From IMG/VR virus record IMGVR_UViG_3300028833_000053: DNA of 64,000 nt, one strand, 5' to 3'. The translations under genes and the position numbers were made by a program. This document shows positions 22,774 through 32,909 of this stretch, piece after piece. Below the pieces are notes generated by a model. That model searched no databases. It saw nothing but the letters and a program-made list of their open reading frames with translations, and had not been told where the DNA came from. The number at the start of each line of letters is the position of its first letter. The stretch's first letter is position 1. This DNA is from a virus (Duplodnaviria; Caudoviricetes).

Positions 22774-23877
22774 TTATCTGTGCTTCTTGTCTTCAGGGAA
22801 GATCATTGTGTTCAGGATTTCTCGTATGTACCACAATCCCTTTGTGAAGTTGTCCTTGCCAACTTTTTGACGCTCTTTGTTTTCCTTCTCCATTGTTGTA
22901 CTGAGTTGGTGGACAAGGCTGGACAAGTCGTTGTACGTCATATAATGTTCCTTGTCAAATATGCAGCAATCATACCTGAACACCAAAAGACACTCAACCT
23001 GCAAGATGAATCCATAAAGGCTCTTCAGTGAGCCATAGAACAGACTGTAGAACAAGGATGATTGGGACAAACCATAATACGTGTCCTTGTGGCATTGTGG
23101 GCAAAGTTCCGTGTTGAAGCAGTTTTCAAGTCTGTTTATGAAATAACCGGTGACCTTTGCGAACACGCCATCTTCATCGTCAAACATCACCATTGACGGC
23201 AATGCGTTGAGACAGTCCAATCTTCCCTGCATTGTGTCTATGGCTTCAAGATCAACGCTGGCTTCTGGCGTATGTGTCGCGTCCAATCCCCTGTATACCA
23301 CAACTTTCTTCACGAACGCCAAAACAAGGTTTATGCCAAATTGGGTTTGCTCCATTTCCTCCGTAACCACGCCAAGCTCCTCATAGAAGTAGTGCATCAA
23401 CTTTGACATGGTTTTCACGGTCGGCCAACCCATAGTGAATTCGTATATCTTGGACTTGTACGGTATTTCCACAACCTGGTCTTCAACATACGCATTGTCC
23501 ATCTTGCAAAGGTACTTTGACATATCATAGCGGTAGTTGATGTCAACCCCGCAATGTGGACACTTGTACGTTATGGGGTCTTTGAAGAAGGACATTTGGA
23601 AAAACACCATCAAGCAGTAAAGTCTGTCAAACTCCGTGAATTCCTTTACGTCAACGTTGTCGGTAAGAAGCATTACCTGCAGGTATTCCGTCACTGCGTC
23701 ATATATCACGTCCATTTGCCTCCTGTCAAAGTTGTCAATGATGGTCTTGGCTATGGACTTGAGTTCAGTCACGGTGGTTTCGCGCAAAACGACAGGCAAG
23801 CCGGAACTTGGCAACGTAATGGGTATTCTGTTTGTTGGAAACCCCTTGCTGAACAAGTCCCGGTTTGTCATCGTCAA
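22774..23877 (-). CDS. Baseplate hub assembly protein (T4 gp26-like)
   Basis: ITLPSSG..V.LR..TV.E.K, FDR.Y, YKCPHCG, CPQC. Confidence 0.65.
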   Translation of the reverse strand: MTMTNRDLFSKGFPTNRIPITLPSSGLPVVLRETTVTELKSIAKTIIDNFDRRQMDVIYDAVTEYLQVMLLTDNVDVKEFTEFDRLYCLMVFFQMSFFKDPITYKCPHCGVDINYRYDMSKYLCKMDNAYVEDQVVEIPYKSKIYEFTMGWPTVKTMSKLMHYFYEELGVVTEEMEQTQFGINLVLAFVKKVVVYRGLDATHTPEASVDLEAIDTMQGRLDCLNALPSMVMFDDEDGVFAKVTGYFINRLENCFNTELCPQCHKDTYYGLSQSSLFYSLFYGSLKSLYGFILQVECLLVFRYDCCIFDKEHYMTYNDLSSLVHQLSTTMEKENKERQKVGKDNFTKGLWYIREILNTMIFPEDKKHR

Positions 23878-23899
23878 CTCTCCGTTATGTCACATGGCA

Positions 23900-24898
23900 T
23901 TAGCCGCCAAGGAAGTCCGTGATGTTGGCGACCTGTCCATCCTGCTGCGCACCGCAATAGGCGCAATCCTGGTACTTGAACACATCGTTCATCGGCGTGA
24001 CAAACTCCTTGATAATCTTGTTGATTACTCCAATGTCCTCGTCAAACAAGATGCTCTGAGGCAGGGAGTCGATGATTTGAACCCTCTCAGGATACGTGAG
24101 TTCCTCAAGATTTGCCGTCAAAGAATCTTCTGGGTCGGAGATTTCCGAAACGGTAATCTTCTTGATGAACATGATGATGTACTCAACCTGGGAAAGACTG
24201 TCCATGGACTCCTTCACGTTCTTGTTGGAACCCTCGTACTTTCTGTAGTAGTTCTTGAAGAAGTCCTCGATGTTCCTGACATTCGCCCAACCGGCTGTGA
24301 ACGTGAACTTGCGGTTACCCGCCTCAATCTCAATCTCGGTGTCGGGTTTGTAGGTCTTTGCGAAGTTGCGCAGAAGTTTCGCCGTGTCCAGACGGTAGGA
24401 GTTTTCCTTTTCGCAATTCTGGCATGTGTACTTGATTTCGGGATTGAGCTTGTTCATCTGCTGAAGGTTCAACGTGATGAAGATTCTCTCGAACTCCGTG
24501 TAGTCGCGGATGTCAAAACCCTTCTCAAGGGCAAGACGGTTAATCATTGAAGTCATGGCGCAGTACATGACGTCCGCCCTTGACTTGTTTTCCAACGCCA
24601 TCTTTGACATGTCCTTCTGCTCGGCGGTGGAGATTTCCTTGAACTCCACGGTCTTGCCGACGCTGGGCAGGTCAATTGGTGTTGAATTCGTGGACATCTT
24701 CTGACGGAAGGCGTTCACAATGTTTGCCGCGTTTGTGGGCTTCTTCTCCTGTTTCTTCACGGGAAGAACCTTCAATTCCGGAGTTGCCTCCGATGTCTGG
24801 GAAGCCGCTGCTTCCTTCTCCAGCTCCTGATTTACAAGATTCGCCGTAGCGGTGTCAGCCGGAACTTCGTCCTTGTAGTGTGTAATAGGTGGTTGCAT
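23900..24898 (-). CDS. Baseplate hub assembly protein paralogue (T4 gp26-like)
   Basis: IDLPSVGKTVEFK...EQK, YTCQNC, CAYCG; tandem paralogue of the adjacent gene. Confidence 0.65.
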   Translation of the reverse strand: MQPPITHYKDEVPADTATANLVNQELEKEAAASQTSEATPELKVLPVKKQEKKPTNAANIVNAFRQKMSTNSTPIDLPSVGKTVEFKEISTAEQKDMSKMALENKSRADVMYCAMTSMINRLALEKGFDIRDYTEFERIFITLNLQQMNKLNPEIKYTCQNCEKENSYRLDTAKLLRNFAKTYKPDTEIEIEAGNRKFTFTAGWANVRNIEDFFKNYYRKYEGSNKNVKESMDSLSQVEYIIMFIKKITVSEISDPEDSLTANLEELTYPERVQIIDSLPQSILFDEDIGVINKIIKEFVTPMNDVFKYQDCAYCGAQQDGQVANITDFLGG

Positions 24899-25695
24899 TA
24901 TTTTACCTCGCTTTTCCTTGTTTTAGATTTCCTCGCCTTGCCTTTTTTCGCAGGCTTCTTTTCCGCCTTTTCGGACTTCTCGGTCTTTTCCTTGTCATCC
25001 ATTCCAATCTCAACGGCTCCAGTGGAGTCCTTGTTTTGAAGATTTGACATGAAAGACTGCAGCTTCTTCATTTGCTCCCTCTTCGCCTTGTTTGTCTCGC
25101 GGTTGATGATGTCAACCTTCTTGCGGAAACGCTCCACCACCTCATCGGCGTGAAGCCAAATATCCTTGCCGTCCAGCACCTCCTGGATTTCCTTCTTGGT
25201 GAGGAAGTGCTTGTAGATTTCGTTGAAGAAGTTTTCCAACCAAGGGTTGTAGAATTCCTCCTCCTTCTTGATGTCGGATTGCTTTCCAAACGAACATCCA
25301 GATGACGTGTGGATCATCATATAGCCATGTGGATAGCAAATCAAGCCATCGCAAGCCAAGGCAACCATAGTCGCCGCGCTTGCACATGCGGACTCAATTT
25401 GGCAAACAACTTGCGCTTGGCACAACTTTATCTGCGTCACTATCTGGATTGCGGTGAACAAATCCCCGCCAAAGCAGTTGATGTGAATTACAACAAGGTC
25501 GTCCTCTCCGGCGGATTGAAGGATGTCAAACCACTTCAAGAAGCACCTTGCATCTCCAATCTCGTCAATCAGCCAAAGATGGAATATGTTCTTTACCTGT
25601 TTTCCATAGGAAACCATATTCTCCTTGTCAAACTGTCCATCCTCGTCGGAAAGCCCTGGGAGCAGCCCCTTGAAACTTTCTATCTTCGTTTTCAT
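24898..25695 (-). CDS. clpP: ClpP-like serine protease (S14)
   Basis: HINCFGGD, CASAAT, MMIH, D.WL.ADE; basic C-terminal tail. Confidence 0.8.
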   Translation of the reverse strand: MKTKIESFKGLLPGLSDEDGQFDKENMVSYGKQVKNIFHLWLIDEIGDARCFLKWFDILQSAGEDDLVVIHINCFGGDLFTAIQIVTQIKLCQAQVVCQIESACASAATMVALACDGLICYPHGYMMIHTSSGCSFGKQSDIKKEEEFYNPWLENFFNEIYKHFLTKKEIQEVLDGKDIWLHADEVVERFRKKVDIINRETNKAKREQMKKLQSFMSNLQNKDSTGAVEIGMDDKEKTEKSEKAEKKPAKKGKARKSKTRKSEVK

Positions 25696-25929
25696 AATTT
25701 AACTCTCGGTTGTGAAGGTTGTTTGTTGGAAACCCATATGTCAGGGAGTCCAATTTGGTCTGTATCATATATGTTCAATTATACGGGATCTCGGTCCAAA
25801 ACGACACTAAATTGAATTAAAACAACCCACATTTGGGTTTGCGCTTCTTGTAAATAATACTATGATATGGTTGTTCCCCATACGGGCTGCCATAAACATA
25901 CACAACAACATGATACAGAGGGTAAAACT

Positions 25930-26580
25930 TTGAGAAAGAGAAAAACCCGTAGTTCATACAGAAACAAATCTGACCTTCGCCCCGATTCAGGAGCAAGGCA
26001 CAAGAAGAAGAACAAGAAAAGATATGTCGAAAACCAGAAGGAGAAGTTCAGAAAGTCAAAGGAGTGGAAGGAATTTAGAGGTCGGATGGCAAAGCTGTTC
26101 AACCACCGCGACTACATAACGGGCAGAAAGCTCGTAAAGGGGTTCAACGTCCACCATTTAAGGACGGAACAGGACGCCGAAAACTATTGCGACATATCCA
26201 ATGAAGAGGAATTCATACCTCTGAATTCATATTGCCACAAGATGCTTCATTATCTGTTCATCTTCTACCAAAAGGACAAGACAATCATGAACAGAATAAG
26301 AGAAATACTTGACAAGATGTGCGACCTTTCGGTGAAGCACGGTGTAGACCCCGTTGACCTTGATCATTGTCTTCAAGACATAGAAGAAACCGAACCCCAA
26401 GACGAGTATGACCCGGAAATTGACGGAGACGGTGGCAACGAGGAAATGCTTGAATAGATGGAAGACATAGAGCAACTGGATGAAACCCAGCCGGAATATG
26501 ACATTCCAGAGCAGGAACCTGACGAATACATTTCATCTAAGGAACTTGGAAATCAAATGTTTCCAAAACCCGAAGTATGA
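25930..26580 (+). CDS. HNH-like nuclease with acidic tail (1 in-frame TAG)
   Basis: FR.S.EW, DYITG, NVHHL, LN..CHKMLH; readthrough to TGA 26580; start uncertain. Confidence 0.6.
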
Positions 26581-26581
26581 T

Positions 26582-26845
26582 TTACAGGGCTATTGTATGA
26601 GCCTGTGAGAATGGAATTCTTGTGCTGGTTATTGGCGGCATAAGGGACTGGTTGTACAACGCCTCGTTCTCCGCGTTCATTCGGTCAATTTCCTCATAGT
26701 CCTTTGCCAATCTCAAGTCAATGTCAAGTTGGGACAATTCATCCTCTACGTATTCTTGGGGTTTTGGCAATTTGGCGTTGGGGTCTGACTTGAACAAGCC
26801 CGGACGCAAATTCCTGTCCCATGCCAATGGATTTCTGTACGCCAT
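26582..26845 (-). CDS. Hypothetical protein
   Basis: 87-aa ORF directly after the portal gene. Confidence 0.65.
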   Translation of the reverse strand: MAYRNPLAWDRNLRPGLFKSDPNAKLPKPQEYVEDELSQLDIDLRLAKDYEEIDRMNAENEALYNQSLMPPITSTRIPFSQAHTIAL

Positions 26846-26860
26846 TAATCCACCCCGTCA

Positions 26861-28807
26861 TTAACCAAAGGGATTGTCTCCGCCCTCGTCACCACCTGCG
26901 TCATCTCCACCTTCATCGCCTCCAGCTTCATCTCCACCAGCGGCGTCGTCACCACCTTCTTCTCCGCCACCTTCTCCCCCTTCACCATTCTCCTCATCGG
27001 CGGTTGTGACGTTTATCTTGTTGGTGTTGAAAATGCTATGTGCAAGCAGTTCCTCAAGGCTGGACATAGACATTGTCTTCAACTTCGTAATCTGAGAAGC
27101 GTCAATCTCGCCACCCATGTACTTCTCGCCAATGCCCTCAACCATTGCGGCCATGATACCATCAAACAAACGAAGTTGGTTCATTTCGTTTATCTCTGCG
27201 TCAGTCATTCCCAAGATGTTCTTCTGCGCCCAAGTCTTTGACATTTCATCGCGGTCGGCATACTTGGCGTAAAGATCCATCTTCTGTGTGATTTCCTGGT
27301 TGGAAATGAACTTGGAATAGACGTATGGCGGAGTGAATTCAACGTAGAAGTCACTTTCCTTCATCTGGTTCTTCTGCCATATTCCACGCAGCTTCAAATG
27401 GACGATGAACGAGTCTTGCAACGCCTTTGCGAACTTCATTTGAATGCCAAGTTCCATCTTGGAGAAGGAGAATTCCTCTTGCGTGATTTCGGTTGAAGCA
27501 CGGTAGGAATTGGATTCAAGGTTGTCCCAGCGCGTGTATGGAACGCCAAATTGCTTTATGAGACGTTTCAAGAAGAACTTGAGGTCTTCAATCTGGTCGT
27601 ATTGCGCCGTTGATTCAACAGTGGAAACCGTAGTGCCATCGTTTGCGTTGGATTTCGGGAACACCCAGGAATCCAACATGGAACTTGGATTGTAGGTCTT
27701 GCCAATCATGGAATTGTTGGACTGGCGGTCAATCTTCGCAACCTTCTTTTCGGAAAGTTTCTGCGCAAACTTCCTAACATATTCATGCGCAACCTTGTCC
27801 GCCATTCCACCAGTTGCTATGTTGAAGAGAAGTCTCTGCGGTGCCCTCGTAACGCGGAGAATAACCGCGGCGTCCTGCAAGAGAACCAATTGGTAGTACG
27901 CCTGCTTCACGCCCTCAATGATGGAATAGGTCACTCGCCCATTTGGAGATTTCTTGTCATGCGAGAAATACGTTATCTGCGGGAACAGCAAAGGCACAAC
28001 GTTCTGCGCCGAACTGAAATCCAATCCACGGTAGCCATTGGTGTAAATGGTGTTGAATATGGCGGAGTTCTGCGAGTAGTACGCGGACAAAGTGTATTGA
28101 AGTTCCTGTGCGTACTTGTCAAGGTCAAAGTAGATGCCGCAATTCTCGCCAGTAGCCTGGTTGATGAGAATGTCGTAGAAATCGTTTCTCAACCGCTTCA
28201 CGCCTATGATTCCCAAGGACGGAATGTCGTGGTTGATGATGTTTTCCCAGGCAACCTCGCCCTCAATTACATAGGTGCGGATGATGTCCACAATGTTGTT
28301 GCGGATGTCAAACAACTTGATGAAGTTGGAAAACTCCTTCTAAATGAGTTCCTGTTGCTGTGGCGTTATCTTGTCGGAAATGTCCTCGGAGAAATTCAAT
28401 CGTATGAACTCTCCAGTAGATGACACCGTAAGGAAGTCGGACGCGATTTCGTTTATGCACCAGTTGCACTCGGGGAATTCAGAAATGGCGCGGTACTGCC
28501 AAAGACGTTGGCACTTGTCCGTTATGAGGGGAATGTAGTTGTGGTTGAACTCGTCTGAGACGTAGCCAAAGAACGCCGTGGAAATTCCAGGATTCTGCAG
28601 GGACACGATACCCTGCTTCTCCACAATCTTTTCAATCTTTGAGGTATAGGACTTGAAAGTCTCGAAGTTACGGTTCTATGCGAGAATCTATATCCTGTCC
28701 TCTCCCTCTGGTCCGACGTTTCCCGCGCCCTACGTGTTAAGCTTGTTCATTCTGTCCACGGGGCTCGCGGATGCAGTCAATACGCTATGGTTGTTGTTGT
28801 TCGCCAT
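26861..28807 (-). CDS. Portal protein (T4 gp20-like; 4 in-frame TAG)
   Basis: YR.ISEFPE...INEI, YVIEG, QL.LLQDAAVILR.TRAPQR..F, IEDL.FF..L...GVP; late motif at 28839-28846. Confidence 0.92.
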
Positions 28808-28850
28808 TATGGAATATACCCTAAATCAATTATATGAGTATTTACCATTA

Positions 28851-29660
28851 TCAACCGCATTCGCAATAAAGAACCTGGACATCGGCGTGCTTGTTGAAAT
28901 CGGAATCCCAGCCATTGAGAGCGTAGATGGACTTCGAGTCCTGACCATTTCCACCCTGACCCATTTCAATTCCGAAGAGACGCTCACCTTCATTGATTCG
29001 CCTCTTCAACTGATCAAGGTCTGAACACCACTTGTCAAGTTCCACATCATAGCCCTCTGCAATAAGACGTTCGGTGTTCTCTATGGTGTTCATGGTGATT
29101 TCGTAAAGACCCATGTAGTTGGCGCGTGAATAGGAACACTCATCGTGGCACTTCTTGGCGCAGTCCAGGATATTTCCCACAACGCGCTTGCGGTATTCCT
29201 GGTCGGATTCCACGTCCTTGTTGTGCCACCCAACAATGCTGTAATGCATGGTTTCCGCGTCAACGGTGATTCCACACGCGATTATCGGCTCTTCAATCTC
29301 AATCTCATCATCGGACTCCGAAAGAACCTTGGGCTTGGGGAAATCGGGGTCGGCATCCATGTTCTTCATATCAATTTTGAACTCGTCAATCCACTTCTTT
29401 CCGGTTATCTTCGTGGTGAAAGTCCCCGCCTTGAAAGAACCCAGGAACAACAGCTCAAAAGTATTGAGGCAGTATTCAAGGTTCCGACGGTTGTTGTCAT
29501 CAAGCTCCTTGACGAATTCCTCGGGGTAGTCATAGTCCTTGTCCTCTGAACACGCCTTTACGACATCCTTGACAAAATCCTTGAAGGGATAGTTCTTCGT
29601 GAGAACCACCACAAAGCTGCTTGAACTTGAATTGCTGACGTAATCACTTCTGATTTTCAT
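28851..29660 (-). CDS. VSNSSSSSF-motif protein 7
   Basis: N-terminus MKIRSDYVSNSSSSSF; ends CECG. Confidence 0.85.
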   Translation of the reverse strand: MKIRSDYVSNSSSSSFVVVLTKNYPFKDFVKDVVKACSEDKDYDYPEEFVKELDDNNRRNLEYCLNTFELLFLGSFKAGTFTTKITGKKWIDEFKIDMKNMDADPDFPKPKVLSESDDEIEIEEPIIACGITVDAETMHYSIVGWHNKDVESDQEYRKRVVGNILDCAKKCHDECSYSRANYMGLYEITMNTIENTERLIAEGYDVELDKWCSDLDQLKRRINEGERLFGIEMGQGGNGQDSKSIYALNGWDSDFNKHADVQVLYCECG

Positions 29661-30135
29661 TGGTTGCCTCCTTCACTACTTCCAACCTGTCCAAAATCCT
29701 TCCAAGGAAGGTGTCTCTATCCCGAAAGGCGTGTTCGGTGTCTGAATCGTCTGGCTCAAAACCAAATTTCTTGAAATACTTGTAGAGGAACGCAAGGTTG
29801 CCCATCGCCTCCTTATCCCAATCATCGCACTCAAAGCCCAGAGCCGTGATTTCCTCGGGCTTCTTGGGGTCTGCGTGGGTGTCGGTGTCACCATCGTACT
29901 CGCCCTGAATGTAGTCCTCGCAGAACTTGCTGGGGTTGTTCCAGTCAAGCCAGTCATCCGGACCGCTGTTGGTGGTGAGAACGCCAACGTTCATGGTCTC
30001 GCCCAATGGGTCATAGGCGCCGTAGATGCAATCCCCGAAATCTTCAAGGAACATCTTGGCCGCCTTGTCGGCATCCTTCTTGATGATGAAGGAGCTGGAA
30101 CTTGAATTGCTGACGTAATCGCTTCTCACTTTCAT
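29644..30135 (-). CDS. VSNSSSSSF-motif protein 6
   Basis: MKVRSDYVSNSSSSSF. Confidence 0.85.
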   Translation of the reverse strand: MKVRSDYVSNSSSSSFIIKKDADKAAKMFLEDFGDCIYGAYDPLGETMNVGVLTTNSGPDDWLDWNNPSKFCEDYIQGEYDGDTDTHADPKKPEEITALGFECDDWDKEAMGNLAFLYKYFKKFGFEPDDSDTEHAFRDRDTFLGRILDRLEVVKEATNENQK

Positions 30136-30153
30136 TTCATTTCTCCTTGATAC

Positions 30154-30618
30154 TCAACCACACTCGTTGAAGAATGTCGATCCACTGGCGTCCGAACCAC
30201 CCGTGACAATATCCACCTCATCGTACTTCGCGTCCAATCCCTTCTCGTTGAGCGCGTCAACAACTCGGGTCTTGTACTCCTTCAAGGTTTCGGTGTCCTT
30301 CATCTTGTTGTCGCCAGACTTCATGTCATAGCCAACCAAAACTTCCTCAACATCTTCTCCCCAATCACGTTGGGCAATCTGGAAGTCAAGCCCAGCATTC
30401 TCAAGAACCCGATACAACACCTCAGAGAAGGATTCCAGCTCAATGAATTCCTCAATGGACTCGCATTCGGAACCGTATTCGTGGTTCAAGTCCTCCAGCA
30501 GCTTGCCCTTGTCCTTCACCAGCTTGTCCATAAGCCCGTCAACGTCGGAAAACACCTTCCCAACTATCACGAAACTGGATGAACTGGAATTGCTAACGTA
30601 GTCTGTGCGGATTTTCAT
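30154..30618 (-). CDS. VSNSSSSSF-motif protein 5
   Basis: MKIRTDYVSNSSSSSF; ends NECG. Confidence 0.85.
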   Translation of the reverse strand: MKIRTDYVSNSSSSSFVIVGKVFSDVDGLMDKLVKDKGKLLEDLNHEYGSECESIEEFIELESFSEVLYRVLENAGLDFQIAQRDWGEDVEEVLVGYDMKSGDNKMKDTETLKEYKTRVVDALNEKGLDAKYDEVDIVTGGSDASGSTFFNECG

Positions 30619-30626
30619 TGTTTACC

Positions 30627-31109
30627 TCAAAGGTCAAGGTCCGAACCACGAATGCTGTTGTAGTCAAAGTGGTCGTCCCCACTGATTTCAATCTGCTTGT
30701 ACTTGCTCTCAAGGATGGTGGCAACCTGCACTGCGTTTGCCAAGTCCTCGCCAAAATCGTCACCGCACTGGCAGTAGACAGAACTATTCTCCTGTTGAAG
30801 AACGAGACGGATGAAGTTCATTTGACCATAGCCATCCTCGGCCATGATGTTGTCGGAGTCAACGTTCACCTCAATGTCCAACTCGTCATCGTACTTCCAT
30901 ATCTCAACGTTCTGTCCAAAGACGGTTTTCGCCTTTTTCTCAAACTCATTCAACTGTTCAAGGCTTTCGCAATGGCAGCGAAGGGTGATTCCATGAACGT
31001 GCTTGAGCAGCTTCATAAAGCCCTCGTCAATGCAGGCTCCCTTGTCCTCAAAGTCAATGATGAAGGAACTGGAGCTGGAATTGCTAACATAGTCGTTTCT
31101 GATTTTCAT
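30627..31109 (-). CDS. VSNSSSSSF-motif protein 4
   Basis: MKIRNDYVSNSSSSSF. Confidence 0.85.
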   Translation of the reverse strand: MKIRNDYVSNSSSSSFIIDFEDKGACIDEGFMKLLKHVHGITLRCHCESLEQLNEFEKKAKTVFGQNVEIWKYDDELDIEVNVDSDNIMAEDGYGQMNFIRLVLQQENSSVYCQCGDDFGEDLANAVQVATILESKYKQIEISGDDHFDYNSIRGSDLDL

Positions 31110-31122
31110 TTCTTGATTCTCC

Positions 31123-31401
31123 TTAATGGTTGTTTGACCACTTTATGAATTCGGGATCCAACATGCACATGGTGTCGTAGAGGCTGCGGACGCATTCCTC
31201 ATCGTTGTCATATCCCTCCACGTTGTGTTCATCGTCATAGCCGTAGAACTCAACGCACTTCAATCCGTTGTGAAGCCCGTCACAGTAGTTCGCTTCAATC
31301 TCGGGCGCACCATACTTCTCGTAGTACCGATTGTAGGTGTCGCAGTCCACTATGAAACTGGACGAACTTGAATTGCTCACATAGTCGTTTCTCAGTTTCA
31401 T
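31123..31401 (-). CDS. VSNSSSSSF-motif protein 3
   Basis: MKLRNDYVSNSSSSSF; ATGA overlap with the upstream gene. Confidence 0.85.
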   Translation of the reverse strand: MKLRNDYVSNSSSSSFIVDCDTYNRYYEKYGAPEIEANYCDGLHNGLKCVEFYGYDDEHNVEGYDNDEECVRSLYDTMCMLDPEFIKWSNNH

Positions 31402-31694
31402 TGCTGCAAAGCCTTTCCAAAGTATTCCTTGATTTCCTTCTTCACCTTGCCCCACACGTCCGACAAGTCTCTATTTCTCCTCAGATTCTCGTTGCTCCAT
31501 CCATAGGGGTCAATGTCAACGTTGAACTCGTTGTCAACGCAATCTATGTCAAAGCCCTCTACGCCAGACAAGCCACAACATTCCTCGAAGAACCCAACCA
31601 ACTCATCCAAGAGTTCATCAACAGAGGAAACAACAAGCGTGTCCTCCGCGTCTGCGCAATTGTCTGCCCAATAGCAATTCACATTGAATGTCAT
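31398..31694 (-). CDS. Acidic hypothetical protein inside the array
   Basis: AAGGAG RBS; lacks the motif. Confidence 0.7.
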   Translation of the reverse strand: MTFNVNCYWADNCADAEDTLVVSSVDELLDELVGFFEECCGLSGVEGFDIDCVDNEFNVDIDPYGWSNENLRRNRDLSDVWGKVKKEIKEYFGKALQQ

Positions 31695-31712
31695 TGTATT
31701 TTCTCCTTTATT

Positions 31713-32283
31713 TCAACCGTTGTCGTTGCCACCGCGGATGTAGGACTCCTTGAAGCGGAGGAAATCGTACAAGGCATCCTCGGACTCAAACATTTCCATG
31801 CAGCTGCCCTCGGACGAAGCCGACTGGTGGTCGATGTAGAACTCATCGTCAATGCAAGTCCAGGCGTGGTAGCCCTTCTCCTCATCGTGGAAAATCTTCG
31901 TCTTGATGGCATCGGCGTTCAGCTTGACGTTGAAGTGAAACTTCTCCTTGCAGACCTTCCGAAGCATGTTCATAGAGACGGTCAAAGTCCTTGCCAGTGA
32001 AGTCCCTCTTGTACTCTGTCTCCCTTCCATCAACTTTCTCCATGAAAAGGTAGAGAAGCTGGATTGCCACGAAGTTCAACTTGCTGTCAAAGGTGGAAGT
32101 GTCCTCCCACTCCCATCCGAACTGATGCTTTCCGTTCTTGTTCGGAATCTCGTATGACATCCAGTCCTCCTCGAACTTGGCATGGTCGTACATGATTCCA
32201 AATGTGTCGTCCGTACCTTCCTTCACAATCACGATGAAGGAAGAGGAACTTGAATTGCTGACGTAATCTCCACGAATCTTCAT
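31713..32283 (-). pseudogene. VSNSSSSSF-motif protein 2, frameshifted near 31971
   Basis: N-part MKIRGDYVSNSSSSSF...DRLY continues in another frame as MLRKVC...YIDHQS...GGNDNG. Confidence 0.65.
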
Positions 32284-32673
32284 TTAGCACTCCCGTCCAC
32301 CATCAACATGACAGGCAATCTTGCAGTCCTTGCCGGTGAGCTTCTTGAGCAAGTCCTTGATGCGCTTCTCAAAGTCCTTCTTGGTCTCGTTGGGCTTCAT
32401 GTCGGCATAGCCCAAGCCAATGCAGTACTCATCGTAGTATTCCTCAATGCCCCTGCAGAAGCGAAGGTCTGGGAACTTGTCCTCAAGGGCTTCAGCCAGC
32501 TCGTAGGTATCCCAGTCATCGTAGTTGTCCTCCTCACCATCCTCCTTATGGTAATCTGACTTCACCTTGTTCAACTTCGCCATTTCAACAATGGCGTCGG
32601 TTCCAAATTCACTGCCAACCACCATGAAGGAGCTGGAGCTGCTGTTGCTCACATAATCTATTCGGATTTTCAT
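32284..32673 (-). CDS. VSNSSSSSF-motif protein 1
   Basis: MKIRIDYVSNSSSSSF; ends GREC. Confidence 0.85.
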   Translation of the reverse strand: MKIRIDYVSNSSSSSFMVVGSEFGTDAIVEMAKLNKVKSDYHKEDGEEDNYDDWDTYELAEALEDKFPDLRFCRGIEEYYDEYCIGLGYADMKPNETKKDFEKRIKDLLKKLTGKDCKIACHVDGGREC

Positions 32674-32687
32674 TTTGCTTTCCTTTA

Positions 32688-32852
32688 TCAAGCCCTTTTG
32701 TCAACAAGTTCTTCAACTATGCCAAGAACTTCAGCGGCGAGAAAACCCACGGCAAGGGGGATTATTGCCCCGGTGTAGATGCACCAGGCACACACCCCTA
32801 TCCTCAATAGGGATTTCGCAATGCTCACAAGAAGATGTCCAGTTGAATTCAC
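32688..32852 (-). CDS. Small membrane protein (54 aa)
   Basis: GTG start with AAGGA RBS: MNSTGHLLVSIAKSLLRIG...LAAEVLGIVEELVDKRA. Not in the ORF track. Confidence 0.6.
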   Translation of the reverse strand: MNSTGHLLVSIAKSLLRIGVCAWCIYTGAIIPLAVGFLAAEVLGIVEELVDKRA

Positions 32853-32880
32853 GTTGTTTTCCTTTATTGGTTTCTACTAT

Positions 32881-32909
32881 ATTATACCAGATTGTCGTCG
32901 TTTTGTAAA
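32881..32909 (-). promoter_or_regulatory. Sigma70-type promoter for the VSNSSSSSF array
   Basis: TTTACA-17-TATAAT with TG extension. Confidence 0.65.

Noticed and set aside
28851-32673. CRISPR array or DNA repeat
   Set aside because: The repeats are protein-coding with synonymous variation and are hundreds of bases apart.
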